A DNA stretch of 64,000 nt from Lingula anatina (taxonomy: Eukaryota; Animalia; Brachiopoda): assembly GCA_051362555.1 (NCBI GenBank), contig CM120641.1:36524401-36588400 (forward strand). The letters run 5' to 3'. The notes beneath the pieces were generated by a model. It made no database searches. It saw only the letters and a list, made by a program, of their open reading frames with translations, and was not told the DNA's origin. Shown here piece by piece: positions 1 through 41,700 of the stretch (positions are counted from its first letter, which is position 1; each line of letters begins with the position of its first letter). A program made the translations under genes and the position numbers.

Positions 1-281
1 ATTGTGGCAATCCAAGATTTTTAACCAACTTTTTTAAGATTAGAATAATTAAAACTTGTTAAAATTTAGAGTGTTTGGGATGGAGATAGAAATAAATGTG
101 ATATTTTTATATCAAGATGTTATTTCACTATATACAGATAAAAAAAATTAATATGAAATTATAGGCAGATGTAAGCCACTAGCTAAGATCTTGCGAATCA
201 AAGTATGTCGATTTGGTCATGTGAATAAAGATTCATAAGTTCAAACTCTGATTACCGAAAAATAATACATTTTCCATCCAG

Positions 282-26407
<26,126 letters not shown>

Positions 26408-28051
26408 CATTGAGGGAGATTTAAAGTACATATATAATGGGGATAAGGAAAGGTTTCTTAACTGTCTGATAAACATTACCACTGAGGGAGACCAAGAAAG
26501 CCAAAGAAATTTTAAGAAAAACAAAAAGTTGTATTGGGGTTTATTCAAAGTGTATGATAAGTGATAAAAGAATTTTCTCTTTGTGCAATGCTCACAGAGC
26601 AAAGTCATTCATAATATAAGGTTATGGTAGCTTTATGAGTAGTTGATGATTCAACTATTTGTATACAAGTTCAGATTGGGCATCTTGTTGTAAAATACTG
26701 TTTGATATATGGAAGTCTTTAATGGGCAATGCACTTAATATTCAGAGAGAAATTTTAAAACATACCAGCTATTCATCCTTGTAAAAGAAGTTTTGATCTG
26801 TGTTCAATGTAAACAGTAGAAGAAATCCTCTTGCTTTATCAGAGATCCTGTTAAATTTATACAATATTTATTACAGTGTTTACAAAATATAAGGATACTA
26901 GGACTTGTGACTTCTAAAAGTTTCACTTTCATCTTTATATTAAGTGATTTTTAAAAAATACAACAATACCTCTACCAAAACATAACAGAATTGTAGATCT
27001 TAAGCAAAGAAATAGCACTTAAACATTCTTCTGACCACTTTATTACACAGCTGAAAATAGAGGGTATTATTTGTTGGAAATATGTATGTTTATATTCACA
27101 TAAAATTGTCTCACAAGTCTTTTAGGAAAGTATGTGCAAGTTTTGAAAGTATTTCAGTGGAAAAAGTCTAAACTAGATATTGTCTTTAAATAAGAAGACT
27201 TCCAACCAAGTATTGTAGTTTACAATTATACAACTTGATATCAATGTCACCATTTAAATACTGTATTAATACTGTTAAAGTCAATATACTCCAATAATGT
27301 GCAATGTTTTAATGTTTTGTGATTCTGTTTCATGTGACCATGTACATTGTTAAGTAGAAAAGCATGTTGAGCTGTAAAAACATTTAAATGATGCTACATT
27401 TATGTATATAAATTAACTTAAAAATGAACCCATCACATATTTTAGTTCTGAATTAGAATATGTGACAAGTATATGCTTGTATTTCTGCAATATTTGTATT
27501 TATTTGTATTTGTCTTGTTTGTTATTGGCTTTATATGCCTTTATTTCAGTCTACCGCATACTGCAAACCTACTGTAAAAAGGTGTCACAAATTGCGGCCT
27601 TCATTCCAGGAACAAAAAAATACCTGACAATTTGTAGCCAATAGATGGAGCTACAATCTTGTACATTTCAGTGTTGTCAAATAATGATTATTGTTTGGAA
27701 TATCCTAATGTTGAAAAAGAGGCGCTGGAAAGACCACACCAAGCAACCACTCTTATGAAATACTGGTATTCCGTAAATTGATATTTCCTCAAAAACATTT
27801 GCTTGTTTGCGCATATATACTACGTTATGATTGGCTGGTAACTTTGCTGTTGGGTATAGATGTTCGGAGATACAAGTTTGCAAAGTAAATATAAAGAGAG
27901 AAAAGTAAGATTATCACATAACTTAACTGACACCAGCTTTAGCTAAAAAGGGCATCACTACTTGAGTGTGGTATGTCATGTACATTGTAATTTGAATTCG
28001 CGTGCATTGTATTTCTGTGTAAACAGAATATGACATCAGTTACAGTGACTA

Positions 28052-28057
28052 AATAAA
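28052..28057 (+). terminator. Candidate polyadenylation signal of WDFY3
   Basis: AATAAA about 1.65 kb after the stop, followed by a GT/T-rich tract. Confidence 0.45.
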
Positions 28058-29214
28058 AGAGAAATGAAATCATATGGTATTTGTATTTTTTTTTCATGAA
28101 ATAATTTGGGGACGGGGACGGAAGACTTTTCAGAATTAGACATTAAACGTTTGGAAATGGGCGATTTCTTGCATAAATTTGAAATTTTTCTTAATTTTGA
28201 CTATAGGGGTGAAAAAATCGTAGTGGGCTGCAGCGACAACATATCGATATTCGAGAAGGCGTCGTGGAAGGCGTGCGGCAACTAATTGCACTGAAACTGA
28301 ACGGGCTTCGTCCGATCACTTTTCAATCGAAAAACCGATTTTCCCCTATCCGACCTCAAGGTTATGTCGGAGAAATGGCACAAAACGCCCTATGTAATGT
28401 AAACATACGCTTTAGTCTGTAGCTATTACTATGTCAAAAAAAAAAAAAAATAACGTTCGGAAAATCGTACGATGCCCGTGCCAAATGTAATCTAGGCTTT
28501 ACTTCGGGGATAGTACAAAATTTTTGGTTTTATGCATTCCATCCATAGTGATTGATATTGCTTATTTCTTAGTTCAACTGCCGTATAAAAAAGTCATAGA
28601 TGGCACCGAGCATATACAATGTTTGCTGCTTGTTTCTTTTGAATCAGTGAAGTGTATGGTAGACATAATTGGGAGAAATCTCGGCAAACAGTTACATGCC
28701 AAATTTTGGTCAAACTGCTTCGCTATATTTGCCATATTTCTTTTAAGATAGCGTTTTTACAATAAATAAAGACATATGCCAACACGGAAGACCATATGAC
28801 ATGCATCTATTTATTTTGTTTGACTGTGTCGTGGCGAAGTACCCTAGGTTCTAGATTCCAGTTTTGCCAGCTCGATCTTGATTTCATATATAACCCATAT
28901 CAGCAAAACTAGTAAAAACGATCCCATCACAAGATTTTTAAAAAACTAGCTTTTACTGTGCTCTGACACTCAGGGTATGGCGAATCATTTGAAAGAATGG
29001 CATAGGTTAAAACCCCAGCAGCTTGAAACGACTTGGTTCAAATTCTGTCATTTCTTTCTTTTTCCTCTTCTTTTTCATTAAGATTCGACCTCGGCCAATA
29101 TTCCTTATCTATTCACACATAGGGAATGCCAATAATTATTCACCAGCTAATTTAAAATATAGTTATCTTATCCCGTCATGGAAGACGAAAAATTATGATA
29201 TCATAACGTTGTTG

Positions 29215-29255
29215 TGACGTCATATTGCTGTGGGTTATAGTCTTTTATTACGTCA
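29215..29255. promoter_or_regulatory. CRE/bZIP sites upstream of the orphan gene
   Basis: Perfect TGACGTCA (29215-29222) and TTACGTCA (29248-29255) within about 80 bp of ATG 29296. Confidence 0.4.
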
Positions 29256-29295
29256 TAATGCTAAAGACGTTGGTTTTACTAAAAAGAAAGCAGGA

Positions 29296-31603
29296 ATGGT
29301 CTGTAATGCTGTCCTTTTCTTCATTTTGGCAGCTCTCTGGAAACCAACAGGTATGGGATTTATCAAGGGCATATTCACTTGAATATTGATGTTCACGATT
29401 ATCGTTACATTTTTCTAAAATAGAAATAGGTGCACTTAAAACGTAATTTTACCATTTTGAACTTGGGATACTCTGCGGGTCTGTCGTGAAAGAAGCTGCA
29501 TTTATATGGATAATATTTCCCTTTCCAATCGTATATTTATTTAAGATTATATTTGGTTCTCGTTTAAGTCGATCAATATTAAACATGTTTATGACTATGT
29601 CTCCATCAGAAATTTACGAAGATTATATAATTACCAAACCAAACTTATTTTACTTATTTATTTGTTTGTTTATTTATTGATATAAACACATTTAGTAGAT
29701 GAATGAAAATGAAAGAAAATATTAAATATTATATATAAAATATTAAATTAATCTTTAATTTGTAGATTTTTAAAAATCTTTTTACGGCAAAAAAAAAAAA
29801 AGAAAGAAAAAAGATTTTTATTACTTAAATTTTTTTCCAGATACCTTCACTCTGTCAGTTAAGAGAAATATCACCGCAACAGCCGCACTTCAAAATGATA
29901 TACGAAACAGATCAAATGAAATTGTTCTACAGTGGAACCACATAGAATTGCGAACCAAAAAGCGTTCCATTTCCAAGAGAGCTGCAACAACAGCCGATCC
30001 GGATTACGATTATTCATATGATGCATACGATGTAAGAAAACTTGCTGTGTGCCTCATCTGATATCAAGAAATAATAATAATAAAGTTTATTCAACCCCTA
30101 TATATATATATTATTAAATACACACAAACGGGAATTTTTTACCATCTCAGGCTTAAGAAAGATCAAACAGATAAATAAAATTAAGATAAAATCGGACAAA
30201 AGTACCGGCAGAAATAAAAAGAAGGGTTAAAAGTAATTGTTAAAATTATCATGTTTTACTATTAAAAAGAGATGAGCTTTTTTCGAAACCGTTTGCTTCC
30301 TCTAAGAGTTAAAAGTCTACATTGGGGGAGATTAATAAAACTGGGACATTTCAAGTGCAGTCACAATCATATAGGCCTACAGTATTCTCGAGTTATATCG
30401 ATTGTATTGGTCAGGTTATCGGTAAGCTCTCAATCTTTATCACTATTATAGTTATAGCTCGTGTCCTTTTTTTCTGTAATTGTTAAATAATTGTACAATA
30501 ACGCTAAAAACAATATTTGAGCTCGGAAGTATTATAAAAAATTTTTTTAACTTTTACCCACAAAGCTATCAATCTATCTGTCAATTTTCTCCTAAATATA
30601 CTACACTAGATTTTGATGACTATTTCCTGTGATGTATAAATAATTTACTTTTTTTTACCAAAGAAAGAAGATTACTCGATCGTTCATATAAAAGAAAATT
30701 ATATTGTTGCCAACATTAATGTTTTTCGGATAGATGCATTGTTTATCAAGTTGTTATAATTAATATTATCTAAAAAAGATTAAAAAAAACAAGCTTATTT
30801 TAGTTCTTGGTACAGAACTAGGACTACTGCTTTGACGGTTTGTAACCAATGAATAAGATGATTAATGGATACAGTGAAAGAAAAGATCAATTCATAAGGT
30901 CTATTCAACCTTGATGCCAGTGTAGCGCCGTTCTTAAATTTCTCAAATGCGGTCTTTTTCTTTATAGGCAGAGGACGAGGAGAAGACATTATTGGATAAA
31001 ATCAAGGAAAAAATCAAACCATTCCTGATCATAGGCCTTGTGGCTACTGCGGCTTTTCTGTGTTGTTGCTGTACTTGCGTTATGCCTGTGATAAAAGTTT
31101 GCGCAGCTTCTTTCGCCGCTTGTAAAAGAAACTGCCTTATGTGTCTTGATTGCTGCTGTTGCAGAGACCCAGGTAAATAATTTTTTCACACAAACTATTC
31201 TAAAATATTCTGTGAAATAAAGATTCTTTTTCCAGAAATTATTCATGAATATTCTGTGAGCGCCTCATGTATTTCTACTGCACTTACCTAAAGTCTGCGA
31301 TTCAGCCTCTGTTGCTTTTTTTGTGTGTATTTGTCTTTTTCGTTAATATGTTGATATTGCCAGTTATTTGTCTAAACATGTTTCGAAAAAAGAAAAAAAA
31401 ATGAATATTGCTTTGGTTGCTTTTATATAATGAAAAATACATAAATTCACCATTTATTTCCAGGTTATCGTCTTTTTAAAGACGCTGGAGCCGGCGTTGG
31501 AATAGAAATGCCGGATTATGAGGGCTATAAGTTAATGCGTGATCAAGTCATTGATGTTGGAAAAGATGTTGCTATGGACACGGCCATGTCGAAGGTCGGA
31601 TAA
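29296..31603 (+). CDS. Uncharacterised 196-aa type I membrane protein with Cys-rich cytosolic juxtamembrane region
   Basis: Four phase-compatible exons 29296-29350, 29841-30031, 30968-31172, 31464-31603 (591 nt). Signal peptide MVCNAVLFFILAALWKPT, basic sites RTKKR and SKR, DPDYDYSYDAYD, TM FLIIGLVATAAFL, CCCC twice; AATAAA motifs follow the stop. Confidence 0.8.
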
Positions 31604-31899
31604 TACAAAGACAATAAAGCACCAAAAATAATTTTGTTTATATGATTCCTAGAACTGATTTTCAATAAATAAAAAACAACAACAAAAGATAGACACGTCG
31701 TATTGAGTCAGTCATTTACTATTTCAAGCCATTTTTTATGGCAACTTATAAGAGTGAGACCAGGATTGTTCACTTAGCAAATGTTGCATGAAAACAAATT
31801 AATAATAATAAAAGAAACGTTCATGCAACAGGCGGTATCTTTGCATCTCAGTTTGACATGTTCGAAAGGTAAGCCCGTAGCTCTCGTTTGTGTATGGGA

Positions 31900-32160
31900 C
31901 AAGTGGCGGGTTTATGGGGCTGTCAGGGGGTCCTAAGCCCCCCCCCCCCCCCCCCCCCTCACCTTCGATTCCTGAAAGAAAATCACACCAACGGTCCCCT
32001 CTTGAAATTAGAATTTTGACTAGCTTAGTTCTAAATCGTACCAAATGGCGCCGTTCGCACTCTAGCTGTCGCCAGTAGACTATAAAATTCCTAGATATAT
32101 TTCTATGTATTGCATGTCCGACTTTCGTGACCTCCATACATGGCTACCCTTTGAAAAAAA
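31900..32160. repeat. Degenerate interspersed repeat related to 49900-50147
   Basis: Shared core gaaaatca(c/t)accaa...aaattagaatttt...cgtaccaaat...gttcgc and poly-C/G tracts. Confidence 0.5.
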
Positions 32161-32916
32161 CTAAAAAACAGGGATTTTGAATGTCGAAACGGATTCATTA
32201 ACCTTAGGTTAAATATGGGATTATAGTCGTTTACCCTAGTAAACTCCATTTTAGACCAAAATAAACAGTTCTCCTTTAAAATAGGCTAGTAACCGTTTTG
32301 TAATTTGTCAACGTCAATGCAATAAAGGGATAACCCAGTGCCTTATTATCCTCACTGGGTTGGTTCTTAGCATTGAAATATAGGTAAATTTTGAGAACTA
32401 TATTCGTAACAGCTTTATTTGTATATTTTTCTTGCAATTGTGCATTGACATCGTTATATTCTGCTTTATGTCTGCACATTTGATAGCTTTGTTGCCTTGT
32501 TTAAAAGACGCCTCAAAAACGCCCTCAAACCCACGGGAAAAGTATGTACCACACTTGCAAGGGACATCAGCATTTTTTTCTTATTCTTTATTTACAAAAA
32601 TAAATAAGAACTGGCAAAATATAGTGCTAATTGACCCCAATTGAAATCCCCTTCAACATCTAAGGTGTTAATCATAATTTTAAACTTCAAAAGCATTGAC
32701 AATTGGCATAGGGTGGTAAAAACACGAAAATGCAGAGGGTTCCTTCATACATACAAGTTGTATTTATTAGTATTCACAGATCATGGATTGTGATTTACAA
32801 TAATAGATCAGTCCAATGAGAAGACGATCAATTCACTTAATAGATAAAAGTCATTGCTTTCACATGATGTTCTTATTTGAATGTCCACAAATCATTAGCT
32901 CCTCTGCTGCAACTGC

Positions 32917-34690
<1,774 letters not shown>

Positions 34691-34713
34691 GTTGACTCTC
34701 TCTGTACATTCGT

Positions 34714-34960
34714 AAAAAGGATCGATTACGGGTTTTCTGTTGGGAACTACACGGAGGACCGGAAGTTGCACATGGTTGTGAAATTATATTTCTGGATGTT
34801 ATGAAACCATAACTAAGGCTATTGTTGCTAAGTTGTAAAGTATAGTTGAACTTTGATACCTGGTAAATAAATTACGGTTGTGCGTTAAGGTAAAAATTCG
34901 GACTAATTATAGAAATTTAAGCTCGTTCCCGCCATCGGGATCAAACCGGAAGTACAATAA
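34714..34960. promoter_or_regulatory. Probable bidirectional promoter of RPS27 and SLC38A10, including the RPS27 5'TOP start
   Basis: Minus-strand CCTTTTT (34720-34714) 30 nt upstream of the RPS27 ATG; ETS-type CCGGAAGT at 34759 and 34946; E2F-like TTCCCGCC at 34926; local CpG enrichment. Confidence 0.6.
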
Positions 34961-35509
34961 ATGGTGAACTCGCTTTTGCAGTCTTCTAAACTAAAGAGTG
35001 CTTTTATTTTGCGACGTGTGAATTTAAATGGCAGAATGCAGTGAATATTAAAGAAGAGTATGTGTCGATGATCCAGTTGCACGATGCAGTAGTTAAAACA
35101 AAATGTAAGATGTAAACCCTCTGGTTTTAAATATATGATATGTATTTTTCCCAGTGAATGAATTTAACAAGTAGCTAACAGTTTTAAAATGCCTCTGCCA
35201 AGGGTAGACAGTCCACTGAGAACAATAAATAATGACATCTGTAAGTGTAAAGAAAGTTTACAATTAATTATGATGTTTATAGGTCAGTAATGCTATTTTG
35301 TTGCGGTTATATTGTTAAAGTGACAACATCTTCTTATGAGATTCATATATTATGTACAACAAATACAGTTATAAACAACTCATAGAAATATTACATATTC
35401 CATTTTTACCACCAAAGCAATGGTTATTGCAATTACTCTGGAATCTGTGCTTGCCATAGAACCACATGGATCTTCATAGATGGCTATGCTTCTGCAATTT
35501 ATCCCTTAA

Positions 35510-35662
35510 AGAGATAATTACAAAAAACCAAACTTAAAGAAAAAGCACACTGACTAGTTTTGAAAGTCGGAATGGATTCATTAACCATTACCAAGTATAG
35601 GAAAACCATCTTTAATTCCTGGAAAAAACATGTTTTGGCCAAACCGAATAGTTGTTATCTCT
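35510..35662. mobile_element. Small MITE with TTAA target duplication (Kolobok/piggyBac-type)
   Basis: ttaa-agagataattac ... gttgttatctct-ttaa; interior ggattcattaacc also seen near 32190. Confidence 0.55.
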
Positions 35663-35793
35663 TTAATGTAGCTTTGGATTTTGTTTTTCATGGTCATTTA
35701 GCTGAATACTGTCATGTGTCATATTTTCATTGATAAGAAAATCAAAAAGGGCCTAGTAAAGCACACGTCCAAGTTCCAGCCAAACAGTTCACA

Positions 35794-38700
35794 ATGCATG
35801 GAAGTGGACAAGCGAGGAATTGGCCCTATGTCATCAACTTGGGGAACAGCATCATTGGCGTTAGCGTGCTGGCTATGCCATTTTGCTTCAAACAGGTAAT
35901 TTGCCAGTTTTTAGTATCAAACTGCATTTGCTTATAAAAATATATGTTCACTACTAGTAACTAATATTGTTAAAGTGACGGTGATGAATTCCAGTTTGTA
36001 ACACAAGTAGTGTCCTTTTACTAGACCCTCTATTTTCATACCAGAGCTCTTGTGCTTACAATGTAATGTGTAGAAATTAGCCGTACATTTAGCATATGGT
36101 TTTCATTATAATTCATTATAATTCAAGAATAACTTGAAATAATGAACAAATAATAAACGTGTTAGAGAATAAAATGATGTTAAATAGTGATGATAATTCT
36201 GATGGTCAGTCTATATTTTGTTTTAGTGTGGTGTAGTGTTGGGCACTGTGCTTCTGCTAGGCAGTGCCTGGTTAACTGAGACAGCATGTTGGATTCTCAT
36301 GAAGGCTGCTTTCACTGCAAAGAAGAGGTCTTATGAATATTTAGGTGTGTCATTTGTTAAAACTGGTCTTTATTTCTTAAATTTTTTCTTGCACATTGCA
36401 TGGCACAATGAACTTAAGTTAGTCTCATTGGCATTTTTCTGTCAGATTATTAATGGATTTAGTGCAATATTTATTTGACTAAAATTATCGAGAAATTTTC
36501 TGTTAGTTAGCGCCTTTAGTTGTGGTTTGACACAAACAACTAGTGTAGTATAAAATACTTAAGTATGGTGTAACTTATCTTATAGCTCTCCATACATTTG
36601 GCGCTGCTGGGAAGTTGGCAGTGGAAGTCAGGTATAGATGAATTACTTGTCATTATATAAACTTTATTATCAACTTATTTGAGATTCGGATTTGACTCAA
36701 TTTGTTTGTCAGAAAGGTGTACTGGAATTCAATACAATATTGTTTTTATATATAGATATAATGAAAAAGTTTCTCTTGCTGGTATTTTAAATTTAAATGA
36801 TTTATAGTGCTTATTTGTACATGTATACAAATTAGGCATACCATAAAACACTTCAGAGAATTGATACAGATTCAAATGCATAACATATTTTTCCTTCTTC
36901 CAGCATAATAGGCCTGTTGATAGGAACATGTATAGCATTCTTTGTGATAATTGGAGACCTGGGGCCGCCCATTGTATCAAAAATATTTGGAATAGAGGTA
37001 AAGTTTATCTCAAGTTTATATGCCTTAGTTTACAGCAAACCATATTTTCATTGGCAGACTGCATCATATAAGGCTTTGGCTTTCCTGTTCATCCAATTGA
37101 TAATTATTGAGTGTGCATGTTTATGACTACATCCTGATTAGGTCTGTAGTTGTCTTGTATGAGCATGGCTTTAGAAAGAAAAACTGATTTATACCAATTA
37201 TGGGAAGATAAGGAAAATAATATGCAAGGGTTTGTAAAAAAGATAAAAAAACTAATTGCTAGTTTCCATCTGTGCTTATGTTTTTGAATCCTAATTCCCT
37301 CACCAGTATATGCTTCATAAGAGCTGTTTATGTATTTTACAAGATGTCTTAAACTCCAAGAACAGAGCAAACATTTCAGTTAATATTCTCGTAAAAAAGG
37401 TAAGGTTGGTGCTCTTGTTTCAGAATACCTCAACACTGCGAACTTCTTTGATGGTGTTCTTAGGCCTGTTTGTGGCGCTACCTTTAGGAATGTTAAGGAG
37501 CATAGAGAGTCTCAGTAACATAAGTGCAGTATCCATAGGGTTCTATACAGTATTTGTGGCAGAGGTAAGGATGAGAAATTTGGGTGAAGTTTTATTTTCT
37601 AATATTGTATTCTTAGAGAACTGCATGAAAATGTTAAAAAGTCGTGCTTGTAAAAATTTATTTTCTCCTTTATAATTATTGTGTGAATAATCTATGTGGA
37701 TCTTTTATTATAGATTAAAAGACCACATCATGGGATGAAAGATTTAATGTTTGCTTTCTTTATTAGCATGGTCTGTTCGTATCTCTGCATAAAATCCCTC
37801 TTTTATTTTACCACTAGGTTGTCCTGACAGCATTCCCACACTTGTGGTCAGGGGTGTGGGTAGCTAAAGTGGACTTCTGGAAAGCAGATGGCATGTTCCA
37901 GTGTCTGCCTATATTCTCTATGTCTTTAGCATGTCAGACGTAAGTTTTCTTAAGCTTATAATCATGCACGCATCTGTATAAGAAGAGCACTTAAATTTCT
38001 CGATTTCAGTCAGCACAAATGGTTAAGAAAATTTGTTATTAAGACTTGCTCGATTAAGAAAGAAAAATTCACCGGTAGGACATTTTAAATGTGTTTATTT
38101 TTCTTTTTTATCCTTTCAGCTATATATTTGTGATATATGATGCCCTGCCTTTGCCATCATTGAATAGAATAATGTCAATAGTCAAAAGTACTATATGGCT
38201 CAGTATTGTAATCAATTTTGGTGTAAGTTTGCAAACAAGGTTGCTAATATTATTATATCCTTTATGGTATGCAGTGTTAGTTACTTTTCATTAAAATCTC
38301 ACAGTGATGACAAAAAAACGAAAGTGTGCTGTTAATTGTGATGTTATGTGTGGTGGGTTCATTCTTGTATATGTATACAAATCCTAAAGACAAGCTGCAA
38401 AAGCTAAGGAAAATTTAAATATATTTATATTTTGATAATAATTTTCAGCCATGAGCTTCAGCTAAATATTCAAGAGTGAGCTCAGATGTCTTAACATAAA
38501 AGATATCAAGCATTCACAGTTTTACAGTATTTTTTTTATGCCCAAGACATTAACTTATCTTCTCAATTTTGTACTCTGAAACTCAGGGTGTTAACAAACA
38601 CATAAAAGGAATAGTATGAAAGTGGGCTAACCTTTGTGTCTTTTTTCCTTACAGTCAGTTATTTGTAATGTATGATGCCCTGCCGGAACCGTCAGTGAAT

Positions 38701-41700
38701 AGAATGAACTCTATAGTGAAGAGCGCTGTTTGGTTCTGTACTGCAGTATATTTAACTGTAAGTTAATATTAGTAATGGTCATAACAGCATGTTTACTGAT
38801 TTTGTTCAGATTGTTTCACTCAGGTGGCAGACTTCATACAATACAGTGTAGTTACTGCTAATTCTTTCTACTTAATTTTTTAAAAGGCATAAGGGGCATC
38901 ACACCATGAAATGGATTTTGATTGAGTTTTAGAGTCTTTCTTAAAGTCAACTTCGCTTTATCAATTAAGTCAAAGCACTGTATCCAAAATCATTTTGCAG
39001 ATCTTGTTTCTTTAAATTTCAGTTTTACCTACGTAAATTCATTACCATTTGGTATTATGAGCCTCTTTTTTTAAGTATTTTAAATGTATAGCAAATAAGA
39101 CAGAAATGCTGAGAAATCGCAAAAAGTTGCTTCATTTTGATACGAAAATTTGCCCCCTGTACCCTAAGTCTAATAGGTTGCACATGATGTGTAAATACAT
39201 ACTCTGCTTTATTATCATTGCCTTCCTTTGCCCATAGCTGAGATTATTTTGTGATAAATGGTTGCTGTTTGATTTTCCATCAATCATCTCTCAGTCTCAG
39301 TGGTTCACTGCTTCATATCTAAGATATTAGCTGCATTGCAATGAGTAGATAGTTAACACCCATTGACACCATTGAATGCTCAAAGCTGTGCTTATTAGAT
39401 TAATTCCAATTGTTATATCTGCATTATAGTTAAATATGTTCAACATATATAGTAAAAGTATAATAGCATTTATAAAATGTGATAGCAATTTAGTTTTTAT
39501 GAACTATTTTCCAGCAAAATTATGTCATGGTTTAATGAAAATGGTTTATTTTATGTTTTCCTCTCACTTAAGTGTCAGACTTTTGACTCAGATTTATAGC
39601 ATGGCAGATGTTGAAGACATAAAAAAACATTTCTTTTCAGGTTGGATTCTTTGGTTATATAGCATTCTGTGATGTTTCGGTCAGTGGAGATGTGCTCATG
39701 AACTTTAAACCTACAATATTCAGTGAGGCCATTAAGATGGGTTTTGTGCTGTCAGTGGCTGTCAGTTTTCCACTCTGCATTTTCCCATGCAGGGCCAGTA
39801 TCAACACTTTGTTCTTTTCTGAGGTAACTATGCTCATGATCACCAACCACACCCTGGTTTAATATTCTCCAAAAAACAGTCATTGTAATTATAGATTTTT
39901 TGTCACAAAAATGCAGTGGAGTTTTGGTGAACTGTTTTTTTTTTAAGTCAAATACTTTTGCAGTGTGTATCTACATGTATGTTAGAAGAAAGCAGATGTG
40001 AAGCTTTCTTGATTTTGAATGTCATTGTTTTATAACAGGCTCATCTCCATGGTAATATTGGTGGGGCCCCAGTTATTCCTCCATGGCGCTTTAAAATCAT
40101 CACCATCTGTATTGTACTTTTTACTCTGGTACTGGGTATTTTGGTCCCAAATAGTAAGTAACTTAGATGTTATATTAAATTCAGTTGTTGTGGTCTTCAT
40201 ATGTTTGATTTCAATCTTTCTTAAACATTAATATGAACTATGAAGAACAAATAGCATGTATAATATGCTGTTAAAGGGAATTCTGCAAAAGATCTGTAAG
40301 ATTTTTCTAAATAAAAGTATGATAATGGAAGAATCTGTGATTTATTTGCTTGTTAATTTTATTTGTTGATCCTATCAATAGAAAGCAAAGGATCAATATC
40401 AGTAGGGTATTTAGTCTTTGCATATTTAGTGAAATAATGTATTTGATTATTATAGATAAATTTATGTCTTTAAATGTCACATGGAACATTGTGTTATACT
40501 TTTTCTCTTAAATGAATCCTTTTTTAATTTCAGTTGAGTTTGTATTGGGTCTGACAGGGGCCACAATGGGCTCTATGATTTGTTACATCTTTCCATCTGT
40601 CATGTTCATCACTGTCATGTCCTCTTCAAGTGGTGGAAGCAAGTCAACAGCACAGGTAAATATTCCACTTACAGATCAATGTACTGTCCAGGTTCCAGTG
40701 TTGAACCCAGAATGCTTTAAATTAAGTTTTTTAATTTATTACTGGACAATTTAGTCTAATTGACAACATTGCTTTCCCTCTCAGAGACTTTGGTCAATCA
40801 GCCGATTAGAATGAACAATTTACCCACATACACATAGTATTCAGACCCAAAGTGTATTTGAAAGGAATAAAATAAAATGAGTTTAAGTTACAGATGCTTA
40901 TTATGTTTAAAGCACTAAGACAAGCTGAGCCCTGAGAAAGTTTTACTGCATTTTACTACCCTCTACCAGGGTGGCAGATTATATAGGGAAAAAATGGAAA
41001 AATCCACAGAGCCAAATGACTGTTTATTTATCTAGAGACATATCAGTTTTTTTGTGAATATCAATGAAAAATCAATCTGTAGCCCTGGTAGAAGGTAGCA
41101 TTTTACTATTTCCACAGTATCTGTTGACAAATTTGTTGACAGTGTATTTTGTCCATATTGCTGAACCTAAATGTTGCCCTCACTACAGTCCTTGTACTCT
41201 GATTTATATGCTTGCTTTGTTTTAGATGGTGTTAATCTTTATATCAATATTATTGCCCCTGATCTCTGACAAATATAATGGTCTTGTTTCAGATGGTGCT
41301 ATTTTTAGGTGTAACCATCCTTCTAGCCAGCACCTATACCACTCTCCAGTCCCACGATGAGGCCCAGTCACGCCAGGCTCTGGTGGTCCCTGATGACCAT
41401 CAACACCCTGTAGTGGACCAAGGTCAGGCGCCCACAGAACCACCAAAGTCAGCTGATCATGATGAGGGAGACGAGGTCAAGAAGCAAGCAGGTTGGGGTA
41501 TAGGAATTCTCGGTTTCACAGTGGTGAAAGTGCTTCTGATAAATATAGCACAAATAACAAGTTCATGCTTAAATATAGCACAAATAACAAGTTCATGCTT
41601 AAATATAGCACAAATAACAAGTTCATGTTGATTTAAGGAGTTTTCTTCAAACTGAATATGGATATATTTACTAGGGATATAGCTTTTAACTTAACACTTT

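Noticed and set aside
28100-28500. CpG-rich intergenic stretch, possible RNA gene or promoter
   Set aside because: No tRNA boxes, termini or ORF recognised; probably a transposon fragment.
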